Source: Paracoccaceae bacterium (GTDB lineage: Bacteria > Pseudomonadota > Alphaproteobacteria > Rhodobacterales > Rhodobacteraceae). Taken from it: a DNA stretch of 64,000 bases. Positions 51,593-62,780 of this stretch are shown here, one piece after another. Where the stretch lies: NCBI GenBank assembly GCA_017852835.1, contig JAFMKS010000005.1, positions 4,449 to 68,448 on the forward strand. Reading direction: 5' to 3'. Made by a program: the position numbers and the translations under genes. The notes under the pieces are model-generated. The model saw only the letters and a program-made list of their open reading frames with translations, searched no databases and was not told the origin of the DNA. Numbering within the stretch: position 1 is the first letter of the stretch; each line of letters starts with the position of its first letter.

Positions 51593-52114
51593 ATGGATCA
51601 AATGACATTTACCAAAGTAATCGGCGGCTTTTGTGGCGCATTGTTGGTGTACCTTCTTGGCGTGTGGGCAGCAGAAGTACTGTATCACGTAGGTGGTGGA
51701 CACGGCCATGGCGATGATCATGCAAAAAGCGGCTACGAAATCGAAGTTGCCATTGCAGAAGAAGCAACTGAGGAGGAAGAAGTTGTAGATTTCGCAACGA
51801 TTTATGCGTCGGCGGATGCTGCAAAAGGTGAAAAAGTTTTTGGCAAGTGTAAAGCATGCCACAAACTAGGTGACGGCGAAAACGGCACTGGCCCACACAT
51901 GTACCAAGTTGTCGGACGTGCCGTAGATGGTGTTGCGGGTTACGGATACTCAGGTGCGCTTAGCGCTGTTGCCGACGTTTGGTCACCCGAAAACCTGAAC
52001 GGTTTCCTTGAAAACCCCAAAAAATATGCACCAGGCACAAAAATGGGTTTCGCAGGTTTGAAGAAAATCGAAGACCGCGCAAACGTGATCGCATATTTGG
52101 CGACTATCAACTAA
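51593..52114 (+). CDS. cycM: Membrane-anchored cytochrome c (cy/CycM-like)
   Basis: N-terminal TM helix, CKACH and PGTKMGFAG. Confidence 0.85.
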   Translation: MDQMTFTKVIGGFCGALLVYLLGVWAAEVLYHVGGGHGHGDDHAKSGYEIEVAIAEEATEEEEVVDFATIYASADAAKGEKVFGKCKACHKLGDGENGTGPHMYQVVGRAVDGVAGYGYSGALSAVADVWSPENLNGFLENPKKYAPGTKMGFAGLKKIEDRANVIAYLATIN

Positions 52115-52135
52115 GGTCAACCACAATCGATGACG

Positions 52136-52167
52136 AAGCCGCGCCTTGTTGCGCGGCTTTTTCTTTT
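52136..52167 (+). terminator. Intrinsic terminator after cytochrome c gene
   Basis: AAGCCGCGC-CTTGTT-GCGCGGCTTTTTCTTTT. Confidence 0.85.
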
Positions 52168-52242
52168 GTTCACTATTGTTTTATCGCTATTGAACCTGCC
52201 CCCTGAACGCCCTAGCCTTATGTCCAACACGGGAGGAAGGTT

Positions 52243-54138
52243 ATGACAAAATCAAGGGTACAGGCAAAAGCCGTCGACACATCAAAACTGCGTAATTTTG
52301 TTGTTGGGTCTGCCATTGGGCTTGCGGTTATTTTTGGTGCAATGTCCCTGCGCGCGGATGAAGCTATTACCAAAACACATGGTTTCAATTTCTTTGGCGA
52401 ATTGAAATATCCAGCGGATTATAAACACCTTGATTATGTGAACCCCGACGCGCCAAAGGGCGGTGAAATTTCTATCTGGACGATGGGAACCTTTGATAGT
52501 TTCAATCCCTATACACGGAAAGGGCGCGCTGGTGCCCTTGCGTCTGCGCCATTCGAATCACTTCTTGAAGGTACATCTGATGAAGTGGGGACGAGCTATG
52601 GTTTGTTAGCGGAAACCTTGGAATACCCAGAGGATCAATCATGGGTCATCTTCAACATGCGCCCAGAGGCACGGTTCTCAGATGGTACACCTGTGACAGC
52701 AGACGATGTGGCCTTCACCTATGAATTATTCCTGAACGAAGGGTTGGCCAGTTATCGTGCAATCCTGGGTCAGATCGTGACAGGTGTGGAAATCTTGGGG
52801 CCGCACCGTGTCAAATACTCGTTTGCTGATGACGCGTCGCGACGTGATGCGATTCCAATCGTTGGCGGACTACCTGTGAAAAGCAAGGCCTGGTTTGAAA
52901 AGACTGGCGCAAAGCTAGACGAATCGCGGATGGAGCCTGCAATCGGTTCGGGTCCATATGTGTTAGACAGCTATGACATCAACAAACGCATTACGTACAA
53001 ACGCAACCCCGATTATTGGGGCAACGATTTGCCATTCAACAAAGGCCGCGCAAACTTTGACACAATCCGCGTTGAGTATTTTGCGGATTCCAACGCAGCG
53101 TTTGAAGGTTTCAAATCAGGTGCTTACACGTTCAGGCAAGAAAACTCGTCAAAATCATGGGCAACTGCATATGATTTTCCTGCGCTGGACGAAGGTCACG
53201 TAATTAAAACGCTTCTGCCCGATGGTGGTATGGCGACTGGCCAAAGCTATGTTATGAACCTGCGTCGCGACAAATTTGATGATATCCGCGTACGTCAGGC
53301 GGTCGGATTGCTGTTTAATTTTGAGTGGTCCAATGAATCGCTATTTTACGGACAATACGCACGCATTAATTCATTCTGGGAAAACTCTGAATTGGCCGCC
53401 GCAGGCATGCCATCAGATGCGGAACTTGCTCTGTTGGAACCCATCGCGGACCTATTGCCCGCCGGTGTGATTGATGGCGAGGCTGTCATGGCCCCTGTTT
53501 CCGGAAATCGCACGTTGGATCGTAAAAATCTACGCAAAGCAAGCGCATTGTTGGACGAAGCAGGTTGGACTGTCGGGGATGATGGATTGCGCCGAAATGC
53601 AGCGGGTGAAACGCTGACAATCGAAATTATCGAAGATAGCCCCACATTTGACCGCGTACACCTGCCATTCATCGATAATCTTAAAGCGGCAGGAATAGAT
53701 GCAATATATTCACGCATAGACCCTGCGCAGATGACCGATCGGTCACGTAATTATGACTTTGATATGATGGTAGATCAGTTCCCAATGTCGCTGGAACCCT
53801 CATCAGGATTGAAGCAATATTTTGGATCGGAAACCGCAGATCAGTCTGTTTTTAACTCGATGGGGCTTAAGTCAGAGGCGGTTGATACTCTGATCGAGCA
53901 TGTGATGAACGCCCAGAACAAGGCAGAGTTGGCAACCTCAGTTAAAGCGCTGGATCGTACATTGCGGGCCTATTATTTCTGGGTGCCACAGTGGTTCAAT
54001 GATGCCTATCGCGTGGCCTATTGGGACATGTATGAACACCCAGAAACATTGCCGCCATTCGCATTGGGTAATCTTGATTTCTGGTGGTACAACGCCGAAA
54101 AAGCCGCCGATCTTAAGGCCAAAGGCGTATTGAGGTAA
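52243..54138 (+). CDS. yejA: Peptide ABC transporter substrate-binding protein (YejA-like)
   Basis: YVNPDAPKGG, GTFDSFNPY and GSGPY. Confidence 0.88.
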   Translation: MTKSRVQAKAVDTSKLRNFVVGSAIGLAVIFGAMSLRADEAITKTHGFNFFGELKYPADYKHLDYVNPDAPKGGEISIWTMGTFDSFNPYTRKGRAGALASAPFESLLEGTSDEVGTSYGLLAETLEYPEDQSWVIFNMRPEARFSDGTPVTADDVAFTYELFLNEGLASYRAILGQIVTGVEILGPHRVKYSFADDASRRDAIPIVGGLPVKSKAWFEKTGAKLDESRMEPAIGSGPYVLDSYDINKRITYKRNPDYWGNDLPFNKGRANFDTIRVEYFADSNAAFEGFKSGAYTFRQENSSKSWATAYDFPALDEGHVIKTLLPDGGMATGQSYVMNLRRDKFDDIRVRQAVGLLFNFEWSNESLFYGQYARINSFWENSELAAAGMPSDAELALLEPIADLLPAGVIDGEAVMAPVSGNRTLDRKNLRKASALLDEAGWTVGDDGLRRNAAGETLTIEIIEDSPTFDRVHLPFIDNLKAAGIDAIYSRIDPAQMTDRSRNYDFDMMVDQFPMSLEPSSGLKQYFGSETADQSVFNSMGLKSEAVDTLIEHVMNAQNKAELATSVKALDRTLRAYYFWVPQWFNDAYRVAYWDMYEHPETLPPFALGNLDFWWYNAEKAADLKAKGVLR

Positions 54139-54141
54139 GCC

Positions 54142-55224
54142 ATGGGCGCCTACATCCTTCGCCGGCTTTTGCTGGTTATTCCTACGCTTCTGGGGATCAT
54201 GGTAATCAACTTTGCCTTGGTTCAATTCGTCCCCGGTGGGCCGATTGAACAGATCCTCGCCAATTTAGAGGGTGAAGGGGATGTGTTCGAAGCAATATCA
54301 GGCGGCGGTTCTGAAACCGCTGCCAATAATTCGGGGAACACGGATTATGTGGGTGCGCGTGGGCTTCCACCCGAGTTCATAGCGGAACTTGAGAAAGAGT
54401 TTGGTTTCGATAAGCCACCGCTTGAACGGTTTCTCGATATGATGTGGAACTACATTCGGCTTGATTTTGGAGAGAGCTATTTCCGTTCGATCAGCGTGAT
54501 TGACTTGGTTTTGGAAAAAATGCCCGTTTCCATTTCATTGGGGCTGTGGTCGACGCTGATTGCATATCTGGTGTCGATCCCGTTGGGTATACGTAAGGCC
54601 GTAAATGATGGAACGCGATTCGATACATGGACCAGTGGTGTCATCATTATGGCCTATGCCATCCCAGGGTTCTTGTTTGCAATCATCCTGCTGGTCTTAT
54701 TCGCGGGTGGATCGTACTATCAAATCTTTCCGCTTCGGGGGCTATATTCGGATAACTTTGCTGAATTGTCACTGTTGGGTAAAATTGCGGATTACTTCTG
54801 GCATATCGCATTGCCCGTTATTGCCTCGACGATATCTGGGTTTGCAACGCTTACGCTTTTGACGAAAAACAGCTTTTTGGACGAAATTCAAAAGCAATAT
54901 GTGATGACCGCTAAGGCCAAGGGGTTGAGTGAATCGCGGGTGCTATATGGCCATATTTTCCGAAATGCGATGTTGATTGTGATTGCTGGGTTCCCAGCGG
55001 TTTTTGTTGGCGTGTTCTTTGGGGCGAGTTTGATCATTGAAACCATCTTTTCTCTGGATGGTTTAGGGCGTCTTGGATTTGAGGCGGCTGTCGCCCGCGA
55101 TTACCCCGTAATTTTTGGCACATTGTTCATCTTTGGGCTTATGGGCCTTGTGATCGGGATACTATCGGATTTGATGTACGTCTTTGTGGACCCACGTATC
55201 GATTTTGAAGGGCGTGAGGGATGA
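54142..55224 (+). CDS. yejB: Peptide ABC transporter permease
   Basis: [18 protein letters not shown] and KNSFLDEI. Confidence 0.9.
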   Translation: MGAYILRRLLLVIPTLLGIMVINFALVQFVPGGPIEQILANLEGEGDVFEAISGGGSETAANNSGNTDYVGARGLPPEFIAELEKEFGFDKPPLERFLDMMWNYIRLDFGESYFRSISVIDLVLEKMPVSISLGLWSTLIAYLVSIPLGIRKAVNDGTRFDTWTSGVIIMAYAIPGFLFAIILLVLFAGGSYYQIFPLRGLYSDNFAELSLLGKIADYFWHIALPVIASTISGFATLTLLTKNSFLDEIQKQYVMTAKAKGLSESRVLYGHIFRNAMLIVIAGFPAVFVGVFFGASLIIETIFSLDGLGRLGFEAAVARDYPVIFGTLFIFGLMGLVIGILSDLMYVFVDPRIDFEGREG

Positions 55225-56330
55225 TGAAACTAGCGCCACTTAACCAACGCCGCTGGAAAAATTTCCGCGCCAATGGACGCGCATTTTGGTCATTGATTAT
55301 TTTCGGTGTTCTATTCGCGATTTCCCTTTGCGCAGAATTTATTGCCAATGATAAACCTATTTTGGTGAAGTATCGGGGTGAGTATTTTACGCCGATCTTC
55401 AATTTCTACCCCGAAACACGCTTTGGCGGAGATTTTAAAACAGAGGCGGTTTATCGCGACCCCGAGGTTCAGTGTTTGATCAAATCGGGCGGCGTAATCG
55501 ATTGTTTCGATATCCCGTATGATATTATGGACGAAATTTCCGCAGGTTCTTATTCAGGGGCTGATTTTGAAGAGGGTTGGTTAATGTGGCCGTTGATCCC
55601 ATATTCCTACAACACGCCTGTTGATCGCCCCGGCGCCGCGCCGCTGCCCCCAAATTCACAAAATTTGTTGGGGACAGATGACACCAAGCGGGACGTTTTG
55701 GCGCGTGTGATTTATGGGTTCCGTTTATCCATATTGTTCACAATTTTGGTCACGACTTTATCCAGTATCATTGGAATCATCATGGGGGCCATTCAGGGAT
55801 TTTTTGGTGGTTTGACTGATTTGATCCTACAGCGTGTGATCGAAATTTGGGCCGCTGTTCCATCCCTATATGTGATCATCATTATGTTTGCGATCTTGGG
55901 GCGAAGTTTCTGGCTGTTGGTCTTTTTAATGATCCTATTTGGTTGGACGGGCCTTGTTGGGGTGGTACGTGCGGAATTTTTGCGGGCCCGTAATTTGGAA
56001 TACGTCCGCGCTGCCCGTGCATTGGGGGTCAGCGATTGGACAATTATGTTCCGTCATATGCTGCCGAATGCCATGGTTGCCACGTTGACGATGCTACCGT
56101 TTATTGTGACTGGAACCATTGCAGGTTTGGCGAGTTTGGATTTCTTGGGCTTTGGCCTGCCAACAACTGCGCCGTCACTAGGTGAATTAACATTGCAAGC
56201 CAAACAAAACTTACAGGCACCGTGGTTGGGGTTCACTGCCTTCTTTACCTTTGCAATCATGCTTGCCTTGTTGGTCTTTATTTTTGAAGGCGTGCGTGAT
56301 GCCTTTGATCCACGAAAGACATTCAAATGA
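55221..56330 (+). CDS. yejE: Peptide ABC transporter permease
   Basis: [20 protein letters not shown] and [10 protein letters not shown]. Confidence 0.9.
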   Translation: MMKLAPLNQRRWKNFRANGRAFWSLIIFGVLFAISLCAEFIANDKPILVKYRGEYFTPIFNFYPETRFGGDFKTEAVYRDPEVQCLIKSGGVIDCFDIPYDIMDEISAGSYSGADFEEGWLMWPLIPYSYNTPVDRPGAAPLPPNSQNLLGTDDTKRDVLARVIYGFRLSILFTILVTTLSSIIGIIMGAIQGFFGGLTDLILQRVIEIWAAVPSLYVIIIMFAILGRSFWLLVFLMILFGWTGLVGVVRAEFLRARNLEYVRAARALGVSDWTIMFRHMLPNAMVATLTMLPFIVTGTIAGLASLDFLGFGLPTTAPSLGELTLQAKQNLQAPWLGFTAFFTFAIMLALLVFIFEGVRDAFDPRKTFK

Positions 56331-57910
56331 CGCCTGTTCTTTCTGTTGAAAACCTTAACATCGCCTTTACCCAAGAAGGTCGACCGCTGACTGTTGTGAA
56401 TGGTGTCAGTTATCATATCAACCCAGGTGAGGTTGTCGCTTTGGTTGGGGAAAGCGGCTCTGGAAAATCTGTAACGGCGTTAAGTTCAATGAAACTGTTG
56501 GGGCGCAGCGCACAGATTTCTGGTAAGACACACTACAACGGTCAAGATATCTCGGATCACGATGAAGGGGCCTTGCGCCAGTTGCGGGGTAATGAGGTTA
56601 GCTTCATCTTCCAGGAACCGATGACCTCGCTTAACCCGCTACACACAATTGAAAAGCAGTTGCGCGAATCATTGGAACTTCATCAAGGGGTCACAGGTAC
56701 CGCTGCGCGTGCGCGGATTTTGCAATTGCTGGAACGTGTCGGAATTCAGGACGCAGAAACACGGCTGTCTGATTATCCACACCAACTCTCTGGTGGACAA
56801 CGACAGCGTGTGATGATCGCGATGGCATTGGCAAATGGTCCAAAACTGCTGATCGCGGATGAACCGACAACGGCCCTAGATGTAACAATTCAGGCGCAAA
56901 TATTGGATTTGCTGAATGACCTGAAAGAAAAAGAAAACATGGCCATGTTGTTCATCACCCATGATTTGGCGGTGGTGCGCAAAATCGCAGATCGTGTTTA
57001 TGTGATGAAAGATGGGGATATTGTGGAACATGACACCGTTGAAAAGGTGTTTACGTCGCCACAACACCCTTATACGCAAAAACTATTGTCCGCACATGCC
57101 ATTGGGGCACCTGATGAAATTGATGCAGATGCGCCTGTCGTCGCGCGGGCTGATAAAATGCGTATTTGGTTTCCAATTCAGCGGGGATTGTTGCGCCGCA
57201 CTGTCGGCCATGTGAAGGCCGTGAACGAGGCAAGCTTTGAATTACGCGCGGGCGAAACCCTTGGGATTGTTGGTGAAAGCGGTTCGGGAAAATCGACGAT
57301 TGCGATGGCACTGATGCGTTTGATTTCGTTTGAGGGTCAGGCCGAATTCGATGGGCGCTTGTTGGCCCAACTTTCGAAGCGCGAATTGCGGAATTTACGC
57401 CAAGATATGCAGATTGTTTTTCAGGACCCCTATGGCTCGCTGTCTCCTCGTATGACCTGTGCGCAGGTGATTGCAGAGGGTTTAAGGGTACATCGCATCG
57501 GGGATGATGCTGTAATCGAAAAAAAGGTGCGTGATATTATGATTGAGGTGGGCTTAGACCCCGCCATGATGCATCGCTATCCACACGAATTTTCGGGTGG
57601 TCAGCGGCAGCGCATCGCAATCGCGCGTGCGATGGTGCTGCGCCCCAAACTTGTTATTCTGGATGAACCCACCTCGGCTTTAGATATGACGGTACAGGTT
57701 CAAATTGTCGATTTGTTGCGCGATTTGCAGCGTAGGTATGGTTTGGCCTATATATTTATCAGTCATGATCTAAAGGTTGTGCGCGCCATGTCCCACCGCG
57801 TGATGGTGATGAAGCGTGGGGACATCATTGAAGAAGAGGGGGCGGATCAAATCTTTACGAACCCTTCGACGGAATACACCAAGGCATTGGTTGATGCTGC
57901 AATGATTTAG
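56327..57910 (+). CDS. yejF: Peptide ABC transporter ATP-binding protein (duplicated ATPase)
   Basis: Two GESGSGKS Walker A motifs; LSGGQ and FSGGQ signatures. Confidence 0.9.
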   Translation: MTPVLSVENLNIAFTQEGRPLTVVNGVSYHINPGEVVALVGESGSGKSVTALSSMKLLGRSAQISGKTHYNGQDISDHDEGALRQLRGNEVSFIFQEPMTSLNPLHTIEKQLRESLELHQGVTGTAARARILQLLERVGIQDAETRLSDYPHQLSGGQRQRVMIAMALANGPKLLIADEPTTALDVTIQAQILDLLNDLKEKENMAMLFITHDLAVVRKIADRVYVMKDGDIVEHDTVEKVFTSPQHPYTQKLLSAHAIGAPDEIDADAPVVARADKMRIWFPIQRGLLRRTVGHVKAVNEASFELRAGETLGIVGESGSGKSTIAMALMRLISFEGQAEFDGRLLAQLSKRELRNLRQDMQIVFQDPYGSLSPRMTCAQVIAEGLRVHRIGDDAVIEKKVRDIMIEVGLDPAMMHRYPHEFSGGQRQRIAIARAMVLRPKLVILDEPTSALDMTVQVQIVDLLRDLQRRYGLAYIFISHDLKVVRAMSHRVMVMKRGDIIEEEGADQIFTNPSTEYTKALVDAAMI

Positions 57911-58665
57911 GTCGCGTAACTGTGACCTGTGTCTGATAAGGAATATGTGTCAAATTCACGCGCGATCATGCGGGTCAATGGCCGTGCTTCGTGTGGAATG
58001 ATAAGCCCTGTTTCATTGACGTTCATAAGGTTGTCAAAGCGCGCGTTTACCTTTTCAAACCGATCAATCAACGCAGTTGGAGGTATCTCGTGCTTATCGC
58101 AAATATCTGAAATGAGGACCTGAAACTGACATAGCAGTGCGGCGATTATGTCAGAGTTTAATCTGTCATGATCCATCAATGCGTGCCCCCGAACTGTAGC
58201 CTGACCGCCTGTATCTATTATTTTGCTATACTCTGCAGCGCCCGGCGCATTTTGAGCTTAGCCTTGCGGAAATTTGGATATTGCCGATGCGCCCACCCCA
58301 ATCAGAACCTTTGACTGGTCAGTTGTATATCCCTGAAAATTTCGAAAAAGCGTTCCTGTCTGCGACGCAAGTGTCATAGGGTCATTTGTCAGCGCAAAAT
58401 GATCAATGCAAATCGACTGATACCCATCTGCGTTGAAAATATGCTGCGCTATTTGAAAAAGCCGCAACTGCGCTTTGGGGTTTGGAAGGGCCGTTGGATC
58501 AATCATTTTCTGGCGACGGGCCATCCATGGAACATGCGCATATCCAAATAACGCAATTCTATCGGGGGTAAGTGATAAGAGTTTTTGTAGCGTTTCAGCA
58601 AACCGCTCGGTCGTTTTCATCGGCAAACTATAGACAAGGTTAGCGTTAAAGGAGCGGACGCCCGC
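57907..58665 (-). pseudogene. hemN: Oxygen-independent coproporphyrinogen III oxidase remnant (C-terminal ~250 codons)
   Basis: AGVRSFNANLVYSLP, PDRIALFGYAHVPW, IDHFA, RNFQGYT and GVGASAIS; in-frame TAA at 58258-58260 (PQG*AQN); radical-SAM N-terminus missing. Confidence 0.9.
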
Positions 58666-58870
58666 GGATATTGTGTTTTGGGTGAAAACCTTGACCAACT
58701 GGTCGATTTAATCCCATTGGCCAAAGCATCACAAAAGCGCATTACGGAAAACTTTCGGATTGCAACATTTTATAACGTAATCGCGGTACCAGTTGCGATT
58801 GCAGGATTTGCCACGCTCCTGATTGCGGCTTTGGCAATGTCGCTATCGTCCATCAGTGTCACGCTGAACG
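58664..58870 (+). pseudogene. ccoI: C-terminal fragment of heavy-metal P-type ATPase CcoI/FixI
   Basis: ADIV / LGENL...RITENFRIATFYNVIAVPVAIAGFATLLIAALAMSLSSISVTLN, the last two TM helices of a P1B ATPase. Confidence 0.8.
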
Positions 58871-58905
58871 TATTTTATCAGGAACCTGGGGTCAAAACCA
58901 AAAAC

Positions 58906-60306
58906 TTAACCCGGTGAAATCGTCGAGCATTTGATATTGCGAGCGCTTAGCCGTGTGCAGGCCTGAAGCGCGCGCGATTCGCTTAGCCCCAGGAATGTCG
59001 CTTCAAATCCTTGTCTGCTTTGGTGCACTTTGCGCAAGGATCCGTCGAGTGCATCAATTTCGGCGAGCGCCGTTTTTAATAGCATTTTTTCAGCTGCATA
59101 TCGTGTATTAAAGCGTCCAACATTGATCCCCCAATGACCGCCGTTTGATGTCGATAATCGACTGACGACCGTTGGCCCCAAACTTTCGGCAATGGCGCTG
59201 GTTGTATCGATGGTTGCAATATTCACCGATATCGGTGTTGCCTGTTCTGTGGGTGATCGTTCGACTTCAATACGTACATTTTGCGCTTCGCTTAGTGCAC
59301 TTTCGATTTCGCTTTTAAGATCGATGGTCGCAAGCTGAATTTTCGCAGCGGGGCGTAGTTTTGGGCGTGGACTGTATGGGCGGTTTGTTTTGACACGTAC
59401 TGTTTTCCCAGCAAGTCGTGAACCCGTGTCCGTCGAGGTAATGGAATAGTCAGGGCGCGCAGGTTTTTGAACGGCTACACGGCTTGGCGCCAATTTGAAC
59501 CCTTTGTCCATCAACTGCGCAACGCGTTTGTTCCGTGTCGCTGTGGAACGCCCACCAAAAACGGTTGTAATAATGCGCTCTTGACCACGTTCAGCCGAGG
59601 CAACAAGGTTGAAACCGGCAGCACGGGTATATCCCGTTTTGATCCCATCAGCGCCGCGGTAATTTCCCAAAAATCGGCGGTTTGTATTTGCAACCTCTCG
59701 CAGTCCTGCATGTGTGCGGATGCGCGAGAACAAATTGTAGTAATCGGGATAATCATAAAACAGATGGCGCCCAAGGATGGTCATGTCACGCGCGGTGGAA
59801 AGATGCCCCTTTTCGGTAAGACCATGCGCATTTTTAAACGTTGTTCGCTTCATCCCAAGCTCCTTGGCCGTGCGATTCATGCGCCGGGCAAAGGCTGCCT
59901 CTGATCCTTCAATAGCCTCGCCCAATGCTGTGGCTGCGTCATTTGCCGATTTCACGGCGGCTGCGCGGATCAAATACCGCAGTTTAATGCGTTGGCCTGA
60001 GCGTAAGCCGAGTTTTGATGGAGGCTCCGCGGCCGCTTTCTTGGAAATCCGTACCTTAGTATCCAAAGAGATTTCGCCATTTTCAACGGCCTCGAACACC
60101 ACGTACAAGGTCATCATTTTTGTGAGCGAAGCAGGATGAAGCCGTGTATCTGCATTTTCAGCATGCAGCACTTTTCCACTGCGCGCGTCCATGACCATTG
60201 CCGCATAGGGTGCGGACCAAACAAGATGAGTTGTGAAAATGATCGCCACGAGCGTGGTACACATACGCACCACGACCAAGCCGGACGATGTTAGCCGTCT
60301 GAACAC
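58906..60306 (-). CDS. D-alanyl-D-alanine carboxypeptidase (S11) with C-terminal SPOR-like domain
   Basis: PASLTKMMT (SxxK), SAND, NAHGL and IKTGYT. Confidence 0.92.
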   Translation of the reverse strand: MFRRLTSSGLVVVRMCTTLVAIIFTTHLVWSAPYAAMVMDARSGKVLHAENADTRLHPASLTKMMTLYVVFEAVENGEISLDTKVRISKKAAAEPPSKLGLRSGQRIKLRYLIRAAAVKSANDAATALGEAIEGSEAAFARRMNRTAKELGMKRTTFKNAHGLTEKGHLSTARDMTILGRHLFYDYPDYYNLFSRIRTHAGLREVANTNRRFLGNYRGADGIKTGYTRAAGFNLVASAERGQERIITTVFGGRSTATRNKRVAQLMDKGFKLAPSRVAVQKPARPDYSITSTDTGSRLAGKTVRVKTNRPYSPRPKLRPAAKIQLATIDLKSEIESALSEAQNVRIEVERSPTEQATPISVNIATIDTTSAIAESLGPTVVSRLSTSNGGHWGINVGRFNTRYAAEKMLLKTALAEIDALDGSLRKVHQSRQGFEATFLGLSESRALQACTRLSARNIKCSTISPG

Positions 60307-60615
60307 GATAGCTTTCCTTTACTGCCTCATGCGCCTATTTTGACACTTGCTCAAGTCGTATCACATTTAGTTCTTTCGATAAAGCACTATGATTCATAGA
60401 TTTTTGGGAAAATTGGTATAGTTTTATCAGCATATTGGGGTAGCTATTTGTAAAACTATAAATTGTGTTAATTGGGTCCGGATCCTGGTTCCGTCGATCT
60501 TTTGTGATTTGCAATCGTGGTTTTGTTGTTGAATTTATAGTGCCACTATCGCTTTTACTTTGGTCTTTATGACCTATATAAAGCGCTCGGCATAACTTGA
60601 ATTAGGGATGTAGAT

Positions 60616-60957
60616 TTGCTGGATCTATATGCGCATAAATTAAGCGACGACAAAAATGATGAGGGTGACGCAGACGTTTTGGTAAAACCCAAAACGCGCA
60701 CAAAACGGCCCCCATTGTATAAGGTTTTGTTGCTGAATGATGATTATACGCCAATGGAGTTTGTGGTAATTGTGCTTGAACGGTTTTTTGGCCTTAATCA
60801 TGCACAGGCCTTCGAGATTATGCTGACCGTTCATAAAAAGGGTGTTGCCGTTGTCGGTGTTTTCAGTCACGAAATCGCTGAAACAAAGGTTGCGCAGGTT
60901 ATGGATTATGCGCGTCGTCACCAGCATCCATTGCAGTGCACGATGGAAAAAGAATAG
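60616..60957 (+). CDS. clpS: ATP-dependent Clp protease adaptor
   Basis: [16 protein letters not shown] and HPLQCTME; start uncertain. Confidence 0.96.
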   Translation: MLDLYAHKLSDDKNDEGDADVLVKPKTRTKRPPLYKVLLLNDDYTPMEFVVIVLERFFGLNHAQAFEIMLTVHKKGVAVVGVFSHEIAETKVAQVMDYARRHQHPLQCTMEKE

Positions 60958-60968
60958 ACAGGCCAGCG

Positions 60969-61949
60969 TTGTTCAGTACACGTTTTCAGTTTGTAGACGA
61001 TGAGTTCGCGCATCTAGAGGGAAAAAGGTGGATTGTTTTTAACGCCGAGACCCCCCACCAAATTGCTGCGCTTAAATATCTAAAGCCAACCATTTATCAA
61101 ACATTCGCACCTTCGGTCACGGATCTACAGGCTGCGGGATATGACGTTGTGCAATCGGTGCAATCGGATTTCGACGTGGCTGTTGTGCTATTGCCAAAAG
61201 CAAAAGCGCTTTCGCGGCACTTTATTGCCACGGCACAAAAATGTACAAACAGCGGATTGGTGATTGTTGATGGGCAAAAGGACGCGGGCATTGATCCCAT
61301 ACTGAAGGACCTGCGAAAGCGCACATCGCTTGGGGATGCGGTCTCAAAGGCGCATGGTAAAATTGCCTGGTTTACAGGTGATACGGACTTATCGGATTAT
61401 TTTGACACTCCAAAATCGCTAGAAGATGGTTTTAAAACCCTTGCAGGTGTTTTTTCCGCGGACGCTGCTGACCCTGCGTCTCACTTCTTGCTTTCTGTAT
61501 TGCCTCGGTTAGCTGGAACAGTTGCCGATTTAGGTGCAGGTTGGGGGTACCTGACACGAAACCTTATCGAAATGCCCACACAGCGCGTTATTGCGGTCGA
61601 GGCGGATTACCGCGCGATTGAAATTGCGCGGGTGAATGTTTCTTCGGACAAGGTTACATTTGTTTGGGCGGATGCAACGGCGTGGCGTGCCGATGAGGCT
61701 TTGGATACCGTTGTCATGAATCCGCCGTTCCATAATTTTGGCAAGGCTGATCCGGGGATTGGAATAGATTTCATCAAATCAGCCGTTAGATCCTTGAAAG
61801 TGCAGGGCGATTGTTACGTCGTGGCCAATCGCCATTTGCCATATGAACAAACCTTAAACGAATTGTTCCACAACGTCGGCGAAGTAACCAAAGACAATCG
61901 CTTTAAAGTTTTGTATGCATCTAAACCAAAGCGAAATGCTGGAATTTAG
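60969..61949 (+). CDS. Class I SAM methyltransferase (RsmC-like)
   Basis: GVFS, DLGAGWG, MNPPFH and VANRHLPYE; start (TTG 60969) uncertain. Confidence 0.85.
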   Translation: MFSTRFQFVDDEFAHLEGKRWIVFNAETPHQIAALKYLKPTIYQTFAPSVTDLQAAGYDVVQSVQSDFDVAVVLLPKAKALSRHFIATAQKCTNSGLVIVDGQKDAGIDPILKDLRKRTSLGDAVSKAHGKIAWFTGDTDLSDYFDTPKSLEDGFKTLAGVFSADAADPASHFLLSVLPRLAGTVADLGAGWGYLTRNLIEMPTQRVIAVEADYRAIEIARVNVSSDKVTFVWADATAWRADEALDTVVMNPPFHNFGKADPGIGIDFIKSAVRSLKVQGDCYVVANRHLPYEQTLNELFHNVGEVTKDNRFKVLYASKPKRNAGI

Positions 61950-61975
61950 ATCATTGGCACCCCAAGGAGTGTAAG

Positions 61976-62776
61976 ATGAGTTTTTCAATTGACGGTAAAA
62001 CCGCAATCGTCACAGGTGCTGCGAACGGGATCGGACTTGCCATAGCGCGGCATTTTGTTGAACAGGGCGCCAATGTGGTTTTCGCAGATATGGACGAAAA
62101 GCGCCTCAAGAAAGAAATTGAAGACATCGCTGAACAAGAAAATGTCACGTACTTCGCCGGCGATTTACGAGAACGCCTAACGGTGGCGAATTTATTGTCG
62201 GCGACTGTCGATGCCTTTGATCAGATTGATATATTGATCAACGCCTCGCGTCAGGTTATGCCAACCGATGCCTTTGATCACAAAGATAGCAGTATTGAAA
62301 TGCTGTTTGAGCAAAACGTTTTAACAGCTCTGCGGTTATCACAAGCTGTTGCCAAACGTATGAAACAACAGGTTGAAGTGCGTGATGATGAATGCATCGG
62401 AACGATTGTGAACCTAAGTTCCTTGGCCGCACAAAGGGCGCAACCCGAATTGCTGGGCTATTCTGTGTCAACCGCAGCACTGGATCAAATGACGCGGTCT
62501 TTGGCACTTGCATATGCGGGCAGTGGTATTCGTGTGAATGCCGTGGCTTTTGCATCGCTTATGTCGGCAAGTTTGCAAGCGACCCTAAAAGAAAACCCAG
62601 AAATGCGCAAAGATATCGAAGAGCACACGCCAATTGGATGGATCGCATCTGCAAATGAAATTGTGGATACAGTTCAGTATTTGGCATCCGACGCATCACG
62701 TTTCGTCACGGGTCAGGTCGTGACTGTAGATGGTGGGCGTGGCCTTTTGGACGCGGTCTCCGCACCCGCCCATTAG
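61976..62776 (+). CDS. SDR family oxidoreductase
   Basis: TGAANGIG and TGQVVTVDGG; atypical YSVST in place of YxxxK. Confidence 0.88.
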   Translation: MSFSIDGKTAIVTGAANGIGLAIARHFVEQGANVVFADMDEKRLKKEIEDIAEQENVTYFAGDLRERLTVANLLSATVDAFDQIDILINASRQVMPTDAFDHKDSSIEMLFEQNVLTALRLSQAVAKRMKQQVEVRDDECIGTIVNLSSLAAQRAQPELLGYSVSTAALDQMTRSLALAYAGSGIRVNAVAFASLMSASLQATLKENPEMRKDIEEHTPIGWIASANEIVDTVQYLASDASRFVTGQVVTVDGGRGLLDAVSAPAH

Positions 62777-62780
62777 CGCC

